From: an uncultured Actinomycetota bacterium
GTDB taxonomy: Bacteria > Actinomycetota > Actinomycetes > JAFAQI01
Assembly: GCA_963770565.1 (NCBI GenBank)
Contig: CAVYQE010000009.1
Span: forward strand, 1 to 35,276
DNA length: 35,276 nucleotides
Direction of reading: 5' to 3'
In this document: piece after piece, positions 28,255-35,276 of the stretch
Numbering within the stretch: the stretch's first letter is position 1
Layout of the letters: each line of letters begins with the position of its first letter
Program-made: the position numbers and the translations under genes
Notes under the pieces: generated by a model
Databases searched by the model: none
Seen by the model: the letters and a program-made list of their open reading frames with translations, nothing else
What the model was told of the DNA's origin: nothing

Positions 28255-29679
28255 ACGGACCGACTCAATCCGCTCGACGTGCGCTTCATCGACGCGGAAG
28301 ACCAGGATCGGCACACCTCGATGGCGATCGCGTCGATCGCGGTCTTCGAGGGCCCGCCGCCGACGTACGACGAGTTCCTCACCGCGCTCGAGGGCCGGCT
28401 GCCGCGCGTACCCCGCTATCGGCACAAGCTGCGCACGATGCCCTGGCGGATCGGTCCGCCGGTCTGGGTGGAGGACCCGGCGTTCGACCTTCGCTTCCAC
28501 GTTCGTCGTACCGCGGTACCGGCCCCGGGCGGTGACGCCGAGTTGCGTCAGCTGATGGCCCGGGTGATGGCCCAGCGGCTCGACCGGGACCGGCCGTTGT
28601 GGGAGTACTGGTTCGTCGAGGGCCTGTCCGAGGGCCGCTGGGCGCTGATCTCGAAGGTGCACCACTGCATGGTCGACGGCGTGTCCGGGACCGACCTGTA
28701 CCGGGTGATCTTCGACCTCACCCCCGAGCCTTCCGCACCGATCGCCGACGAGTGGGAGCCGGCCGGCGAGCCATCGTCGGGGCGGCTGTTGGCCGGCGCG
28801 GCACTCGACACCGTGCTGATCCCGGTCCGTGAAGCGCGGGCGCTCGGGTCGGCGCTGCGCCACCCCCGGCGGCTGGCCGGACAGACCATCGACACCGCCC
28901 GCGGGGTACGTCGGCTCGCGACCGCGCTGCCGCCGGCGAGCCCGTCGTCGTTGAGCGGGCCGGTCGGCCAGCAGCGCCGGTTCACCTGGCTGCGCGCTGA
29001 TCTCGACGACGTCAAGGCGGTCAAGCGCGAGTTCGGCGGCACTGTGAACGACGTCATCCTCGCGGCGATCACGAGTGGCTTCCGCGCGCTGCTGCTCGCG
29101 CGCGGCGAGGTGCCGGATCCGAGCATGGTGCCGTCGCTGGTGCCGGTGTCGGTCCGTGCGCCGGGCGAGGAGGGCATCTACGAGAATCGGGTGTCAGCCT
29201 TGATCGCCCACCTCCCGGTCGACGTGGCCGATCCGGTCGAGCGGCTCGCCGCAATCCATCAGCAGCTCGACGAGCTGAAGCAGAGCAACGAAGCCGACGC
29301 CGGCGAGACGTTGGTGGCGCTCGCCCGGTTCGTGCCGTACTCGATCTCGTCGTTCGCGACCCGGCTGATGATGCGGCTGCCGCAGCGGGAGATCGTCACG
29401 GTCACCACGAATGTGCCGGGCCCGCGCCAGCCGCTCTACGGGTTAGGCCGCCAGCTGATCGCGATGATCCCCTACGTCCCGATCGCCACCACGCTGCGGA
29501 CCGGGATCGCGATCATCAGCTACTGCCAGGACATCACGATCGGGATCACCGGCGACTACGACACCACAGGTGATCTCGAGGTGCTGGCCCGCGGAATCGA
29601 GACCGGTATCGCGGAGCTGGTTGCAGCAGCCGGCCAGGACGCGACGGCTGCAGTCACCGGCTCCCACCGAGCCGGCTAA
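28255..29679 (+). CDS. Wax ester synthase/DGAT family O-acyltransferase
   Basis: DRLNPLD, LDRDRPLWE, HHCMVDG catalytic motif, GTVNDV, TNVPGP; start ambiguous (ACG 28255 or GTG 28210). Confidence 0.9.
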   Translation, partial: TDRLNPLDVRFIDAEDQDRHTSMAIASIAVFEGPPPTYDEFLTALEGRLPRVPRYRHKLRTMPWRIGPPVWVEDPAFDLRFHVRRTAVPAPGGDAELRQLMARVMAQRLDRDRPLWEYWFVEGLSEGRWALISKVHHCMVDGVSGTDLYRVIFDLTPEPSAPIADEWEPAGEPSSGRLLAGAALDTVLIPVREARALGSALRHPRRLAGQTIDTARGVRRLATALPPASPSSLSGPVGQQRRFTWLRADLDDVKAVKREFGGTVNDVILAAITSGFRALLLARGEVPDPSMVPSLVPVSVRAPGEEGIYENRVSALIAHLPVDVADPVERLAAIHQQLDELKQSNEADAGETLVALARFVPYSISSFATRLMMRLPQREIVTVTTNVPGPRQPLYGLGRQLIAMIPYVPIATTLRTGIAIISYCQDITIGITGDYDTTGDLEVLARGIETGIAELVAAAGQDATAAVTGSHRAG

Positions 29680-30280
29680 GGTAGTCGTCGCTGTCCCGCG
29701 GCGCGATGAACAAACCCTCGGCCTCGGACAGCAGCACGCCGTCGAGCGTGCAGCTGCCGCGAATCCACCGCTTCCGGCCCTCGACCCGGTCGATCCAGCC
29801 GCGGAGGGCGAGCTCCCGGTTGAGCGGTGTCGGTGCGCGGTAGTCGACCTTGAGGTACGCCGTATAGCCCGGCGCGAGCTGCACGAACCCGAGCAGCTCG
29901 TCGAAGACCGCCGCGATCCAGCCACCGTGGCAGTGCCCGGGCGGCCCTTCGTACGCCGGCCCGAACGTGATCCTCCCCACAATGTGCTGCTCGCCGTCCG
30001 GGCCGGTGACCACCTCCATCGTGAGCGGCGGTGCGATCGGGTTGTTCGGGCCGCTGACCGGGCTGAACCGGACGAAGTCGCGTGGCAGCAGGCCGGCCTC
30101 GCTGACCTCCCACGACCGGGCGCGTTCCGGCAGGGCGTCGAGCTGCTCGGCGAAAGCGTTGGCCGCGTCGGCGGCGCGGGCGAGCTGGTCCGCGCGTGGT
30201 CGAACCACTGCGAGCCTGGCGATGATCCGGCGCAGCGCCTCCGCCAGCGCTCGCGACGCCTGCCGGGTGTCCTCGTCCAC
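29654..30280 (-). CDS. PaaI/hotdog-fold thioesterase
   Basis: SPVSGPNNPIAPP, YEGPPGHCHGGWIAAVFDE, VDYRAPTPL. Confidence 0.88.
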   Translation of the reverse strand: MDEDTRQASRALAEALRRIIARLAVVRPRADQLARAADAANAFAEQLDALPERARSWEVSEAGLLPRDFVRFSPVSGPNNPIAPPLTMEVVTGPDGEQHIVGRITFGPAYEGPPGHCHGGWIAAVFDELLGFVQLAPGYTAYLKVDYRAPTPLNRELALRGWIDRVEGRKRWIRGSCTLDGVLLSEAEGLFIAPRDSDDYLSRLGGSR

Positions 30281-30314
30281 GTGGTGCAGCTCCGTTTCTC
30301 CCGCCGGTCGGCGG

Positions 30315-30345
30315 TCAGTCCTTGAAGTGGTTCAGTCCTTGAAGT
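30315..30345. repeat. 14-bp direct repeat duplicating a gene 3' end
   Basis: TCAGTCCTTGAAGT at 30315-30328 and 30332-30345. Confidence 0.8.
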
Positions 30346-31138
30346 CCGGTGCCCGCTTCTCGCGGCGGGCGCTGACCGCTTCCTCGAAGTTCCGGGTGGT
30401 CAGCCGGACGTAGAGCTGCGCCAGCCCTTCGTGGTCCATGTGCGCGGTCAGGCTCGACGCGTCGAGGCTCGACGCCAGCATCCGCTTGGTCAATTCGACG
30501 CCGGTCCGGCTGAACCCGATGATCCGCTCGGCGATCTCGAAGCACCGCTCGAGCAACGCCTCAGGTGGCACGACCTGCGAGACGAGGCCGATCCGCTCGG
30601 CCTCGACCGCGTCGACGTCGCGTCCGGTCAGCATGATCTCGGCCGCCCGGGCCGAGCCGATCGCGCGGGGGAGCAGGTAGCTGATGCCGAGCTCGCTCGC
30701 GGTCAGGCCGTTGGTGATGCCGGCCGCGCGAAAGTACGCCGGCTGCGCTGCCACCCGCAGGTCGCACGCCAGGGCCAGGCAGAACCCGCCCCCGATCGCC
30801 GGGCCGTTGACCGCGGCGATCACCGGTTGGTGCATGCCGCGCACGGTGGTGACCACCTTCTCCAGCAGCTCCATCGAACGCAGCGCGACGGTGGCCAGGG
30901 TGAGCCCGTCGATATCGGGCACCCGGCCCGGGTCCTCGAGGTCCGCCCCCGAGCAGAAGGCCCGGCCGGCTCCGGTCAGGACAACCACGCGGACGTCGTT
31001 GTCGCGGCTGACCGACTCGAGTGCCTCGCGCAGCGGGACCATCACGTCGAACGCCATCGAGTTCATCCGGTCGGGCCGGTTGAGGGTCACCGACGCGACC
31101 TGCGGTTGCGGCCGTTCGATCTGTACGAACTCGCTCAC
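30332..31138 (-). CDS. Enoyl-CoA hydratase family protein (EchA12-like)
   Basis: TLNRPDRMNSMAFD, AFCSGAD, FRAAGITNGLTASELG; GTGA overlap. Confidence 0.88.
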   Translation of the reverse strand: MSEFVQIERPQPQVASVTLNRPDRMNSMAFDVMVPLREALESVSRDNDVRVVVLTGAGRAFCSGADLEDPGRVPDIDGLTLATVALRSMELLEKVVTTVRGMHQPVIAAVNGPAIGGGFCLALACDLRVAAQPAYFRAAGITNGLTASELGISYLLPRAIGSARAAEIMLTGRDVDAVEAERIGLVSQVVPPEALLERCFEIAERIIGFSRTGVELTKRMLASSLDASSLTAHMDHEGLAQLYVRLTTRNFEEAVSARREKRAPDFKD

Positions 31139-31602
31139 GGCGCACCGAGGTCGGTGTCGGCGAGGCCGGTGATGGTGTAGCTGCGGATCTGCGTGCGGGC
31201 GCTGAACCGCCAGCCGTCGGGTGTTCGCGCGAATTCGTCGTCGTACCAGAGCCCGATCAGCCAGACTGACCTCTGGTTGCCGGGCCTGGTCGACACCATC
31301 GGGTTGCTGCAGGAGGTGCGCGCGGTGGCGGTGTCGCCGTGCACCTCGATGTATGGCAGGCCCATCATGTGCTGGCTGTGTGCGAACAACGGCAGCGACG
31401 CGGCGAGGAACGCCTTGATCTCCGCGAGACCGCCGACCGGTCCGTTGAACGTGGTGAAGTCGATCCGCGCGTCCGCGGTGAACATCGGGTCGAGCGCATC
31501 GAAGTCGCGGTTGTCGATCACGACCGCGTAGCGGGCGATGAGGTCCTGGATCGCGAGCCGGTCCGCGACCTCGGCCGCGCCGTAGCCGGTGGTGCTGGTC
31601 AT
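31135..31602 (-). CDS. NTF2-like/SnoaL-like protein
   Basis: DRLAIQDLIARYA..D, QHMMG, GDTA, WYDDEF.RT.DGWRF. Confidence 0.88.
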   Translation of the reverse strand: MTSTTGYGAAEVADRLAIQDLIARYAVVIDNRDFDALDPMFTADARIDFTTFNGPVGGLAEIKAFLAASLPLFAHSQHMMGLPYIEVHGDTATARTSCSNPMVSTRPGNQRSVWLIGLWYDDEFARTPDGWRFSARTQIRSYTITGLADTDLGAP

Positions 31603-33226
31603 GAGGCCGGGTGATGCGCCTCGGCGGTGGCGCGCGCCCACGCATAGTCGGCCTTGCCCGCCGGGGTGCGTTCGACCGTGTCGACCAGGACGACTTCGCG
31701 CGGCAGCTTGTAGCTCGCGAGCGCGGTGGCGCCGTGCGCCCGCAGGGAGTCGAGGTCCGGCTCGGCGCCGGGTGCGGCGGCGACGACGGCGACGATCCGT
31801 TGGCCCCAGCGCTCGTCCGGCAGGCCCACGACCACCACGTCGGCAACCTCCGGGCAGGTCATCAGGACCGTCTCGACCTCCTCCGGATAGACCTTCTCGC
31901 CGCCGGTGTTGATCGAGGTCGAGCCGCGGCCAAGCAGCACGACCGTTCCGTCGGCGTCGACGGTCGCATGGTCGCCCGGCATCACCCAGCGCTCGCCGTC
32001 GACCTCGAGGAAGGTCGCTGCGGTCTTCGACTCGTCGTTGTAGTAGCCGAGCGGCACGTGGCCCTTTCGGGCCAGCCGGCCGACCTCACCAGAACCGGGG
32101 GTGACCGGCCGGCCGGCATCGTCCAACACCTGGGTCTGCGCATTTACGGTGAACCGCGGCGCGGTTGATGCGTCACCGGCTGCGTGCAGCTTGCTGCCGA
32201 GGATGCCGGTCTCCGATGACCCGAAGCCGTCGACGACCATGACCGACGGCAGTTGCTCGGTGAGCTTTGCCTTTGCGGCACTCGACAGGACCGCGCCGCC
32301 CGAGCCGATCACGATCAGCGACGACACGTCGTACGGCGATCCGGCTGCGGCTGCCTGCTCGATCGATTCGGCGAGTGGTACTGCCATCGCGTCGCCGACG
32401 ATGGTGAGGATGTTGACCCCTTCGGCCGCCACCAGCGACCAGACCGCGTCGGCGTCGAACCGGCCGGGTGGCGGGAAGACGATCCGGCCACCGGCGAACA
32501 TTGAGTGGAACACGCCCCATTGCGCGCTGACATGCATCAGCGGCGGGGTGGTGAGGATGGTGCCGCCGACCTCGGGCATCCGCTCGAGGAGCTCCTCGGG
32601 CGCGGCGATGAAGTTGCCGGACTGGAAGAGATCGCCACCGCCCATGGCGGCGAAGAAGATGTCCTCCTGCCGCCACACGACGCCCTTCGGCATGCCGGTG
32701 GTGCCGCCGGTGTAGGCGACGTAGCGGTCATCACCTGATCGGTCGGCACCGTCGGGTCGGGCGGTCGGTGCGCCCGCGAGCGCGGCGTCGTAGTCGATCG
32801 AGCCGGCCGGCAGTTCTTCGTCGCTGCCGTCATCGACCGAGATCAGCGTCCGGACCGGGTGGGGGCGGCCACCGCGGCGGCGACCCGCGACCCGAACTGC
32901 CGGTGGTGGATGACGACGACTAGGTCGGCGTCGTCGTAGAGGTGGCGCAGCTCGGCCGCGACGTACCGGAAGTTGACGTTGATCGGCACCGCGGAGAGCT
33001 TGAACGCGGCCAGCATGCCCTCGAGGTATTCCGACCCGTTGAGCAGCTGCAAGCCGACGTGATCACCGGCGCCGACCCCGCGCTCGGCGAGGACATGGGC
33101 CAGCGCGTTGGCCCGGCGATCGAGCTCGGCGTAGCTCAGCCGCCGCTCCGGGGAGACGATGACCTCGCGCTCCGGGGCAGCATCGACGACGCGTTCGAAC
33201 AGGTCGGCGAGATTGAACCCGGGCAA
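31599..33226 (-). pseudogene. Acyl-CoA synthetase (FadD19-like), one frameshift near 32860 (likely sequencing error)
   Basis: FNLADLFE...INVNFRY in one frame; YTGGTTGMPKGVVW, LGRGSTSINTGGEKVYPEEVE, GKADY in another; the switch is at a G run. Confidence 0.8.
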
Positions 33227-33239
33227 CGCGTCGGGACTC

Positions 33240-33756
33240 GGACGGGCAGCCGGGACGGGCTTGCCGCCCGCGCCGAGCACGACGAGCTGGCAGAAGGTGA
33301 TCTTCGAGACCTTCCAGACGCCGCGTCGAGGACCGCGGTGCCGCGGCCTTCGGCAGCAGCTTGGTCTTCCCGCCGAACAGCGTGTAGACCACTGCCGCAC
33401 TCATCCCGTCGGAGCTGAAGGTGAACTTCCGGACGATGGCCGACTCCGAGGCCTTCTCCTTCTTCGCGATCTTCGCCGCGAAGCTGACCGCCGGGCCGAG
33501 GCTCGCGCCGTCCTGCAGCAGGCTGACCGACACGGAATGCGGAGTGCTCGACTTGAAGAAGGTCGCCCAGTTCTTCTTCAGCTGCTTGGTCGCGGCCGCG
33601 ATGCCGGCGGCGCCGGTAGCGACGGGCCCGCGCGGCGGACGTGGGGGTGCTCGTGGTCGGCTGGTGGTCGGCGCTGCCGCCGCCGCTGCTGCTCGAGCTG
33701 CACCCGGCGAGCACGAAGAGCACGGACAGGACGAGCGCAACCGGAAGCTTCCGCAT
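33240..33756 (-). pseudogene. Putative lipoprotein (MTB12/CFP2-like), multiply frameshifted
   Basis: MRK plus hydrophobic stretch and LAGC lipobox; NWATFF...LLQDG and WKVSKITFCQL lie in different frames; 3' end approximate. Confidence 0.55.
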
Positions 33757-33772
33757 GACCCGACCGTACCGT

Positions 33773-33791
33773 ATCTGACGGGTCGTCACAT
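33773..33791. promoter_or_regulatory. Palindromic operator, copy 6 (ATCTGACGGGTCGTCACAT), divergent promoter
   Basis: One core mismatch; -10 TACGGT on - at 33768-33763 (ATG 33756); CATAAT on + at 33789-33794. Confidence 0.8.
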
Positions 33792-33845
33792 AATGGTCCG
33801 ACCGTGGTCACATCACGTCTCGCGGCGTTCGGCGAAGGGATCGCA

Positions 33846-35276
33846 ATGACCGATTTCGAGCAGCTTCTGATCGGTGGTGAGTGGGTTGCGCCCGCCTCGA
33901 ACAGCCGTTTCGAGGTGCATTCACCAGCGACGCTCGAACTCGTCGGTTCGACCCCGGAGGGAGCCGAGGCCGACATCGACGCGGCGGTCGCGGCGGCGCG
34001 ACGGGCGTTCGACCATGGCCCGTGGCCGACGACTTCGCCGGTCGACCGGGCCAAGGTGATCGCGCGGTTCGGCGAGCTGCTCGCCGAGCGGCTGCCGGAG
34101 TTCAAGACCGTGCTGACCGAGGAGATGGGCGCGCCGGGCGCGACCGTCGAGATGATGATGTACACGCCGGCGTGGGCGGTACTCGGCGTGTACACCGAGC
34201 TGGCGACCAGCTTTCCCTGGGAGGAGACCCGCACCGGGTTGTTCGGGCAGAGCGTGGTGCGACGTGAGCCGGTCGGTGTGGTCGCCGCGATCATCCCGTG
34301 GAACGTGCCGCTGTTCATCGCGGTCAACAAGCTCGTGCCGGCGCTGCTCGCCGGCTGCACGGTCGTGCTCAAACCCGCGCCCGAGACACCGATCGACGCC
34401 TTGATGCTCGGCGCGCTGTTCGTCGAGGCTGGGCTGCCCGAAGGCGTGCTCTCGGTGGTGCCCGCCGACCGCGCGGTGAGCGAGTACCTCGTCACCCACC
34501 CCGGCGTCGACAAGGTGTCGTTCACCGGGTCCACGGCGGCCGGGCGCCGAGTCGGATCGCTGGCGACCGAGCGGCTGAAGCGGGTGTCGCTCGAGCTGGG
34601 CGGCAAGTCCGCAGCGATCGTGCTCGACGACGTCGACCTGGCTGCGAGCGCGTTCATGATCGCGTACTCCGGGCTGATGAACAGCGGCCAGGCCTGCGTG
34701 GCGCAGACCCGCATCCTCGCGCCGCGTTCGCGCTACGACGAGATCACCGAAGCCGTCGTCGAGGCGGCCAAGATGCTGACGGTCGGTGACCCGACCGACC
34801 CGATGACGCAGCTCGGGCCGTTGGTGGCCGAGCGCCACGCGACCGGGTCGAGGGCTACATCGAGAAGGGCAAGGCCGAGGGCGCCCGCATGGTGCTCGAC
34901 GGCACCAGGCCGGCCGGGCTCGACCGCGGCTGGTACGTCGCGCCGACGGTGTTCGCCGACGTCGAACGACATGAGGATCGCACGCGAGGAGATCTTCGGG
35001 CCGGTGCTGTCGATGATTCCCTACGACACCGTGGAGGAGGCCATCGCGATCGCGAACGACAGCGAGTACGGGCTCGCCGGCTCCGTGTGGACCGAGGACG
35101 TCGACCGCGGAATCGAGATCGCGAGCAAGGTCCGCACCGGGACGTACGCCTTCAACTGGACGCCTCCGACAGGCTCGCCTTCGGCGGGTACAAGGGCTCG
35201 GGCATCGGCCGTCAGGACGGGCCGGAGGGACTGGAGGCGTTCTGCGAGCTCAAGTCGATCCTGATGCCGCTCGGCT
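33846..35276 (+). CDS. Aldehyde dehydrogenase with frameshifts near 34836, 34962 and ~35160; runs to the window end
   Basis: IIPWNVP, FTGSTAAG, ELGGK, NSGQAC, EEIFGP; GAAGGGA RBS. Confidence 0.88.

Overview
High-GC actinobacterial window, almost entirely a dense lipid/steroid-ring catabolic cluster. It holds recognisable homologues of the mycobacterial C/D-ring (HIP) degradation genes ipdF, ipdE1/fadE30, fadA6, fadE31, fadE32 and fadD3. It also holds three other acyl-CoA ligases, two crotonases, two aldehyde dehydrogenases, a CaiB CoA-transferase, an LLM monooxygenase, a class I HMG-CoA reductase and a WS/DGAT. The strongest unexplained signal is a 19-bp palindrome (consensus WYCTGACG-N3-CGTCAGRT) found six times. 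Each copy lies on or just upstream of a promoter, mostly of leaderless genes. I saw no full KstR2 box and no DNA-binding regulator gene in the window, which suggests an alternative regulon. Other notable items: (1) a pseudo-HMG-CoA-synthase/OB-fold fusion next to an SCP2-type thiolase (PhlABC-like); (2) a flavin reductase fused to an IclR effector domain; (3) a ligase/HMGR/WS-DGAT module; (4) a 4-kb accessory island ending in a DUF222-HNH gene with DnaA boxes and a PafBC-type promoter. The last ~2.5 kb carries several frameshifts that are probably sequencing errors. Family calls come from motif recognition and recalled homologues, not database searches.
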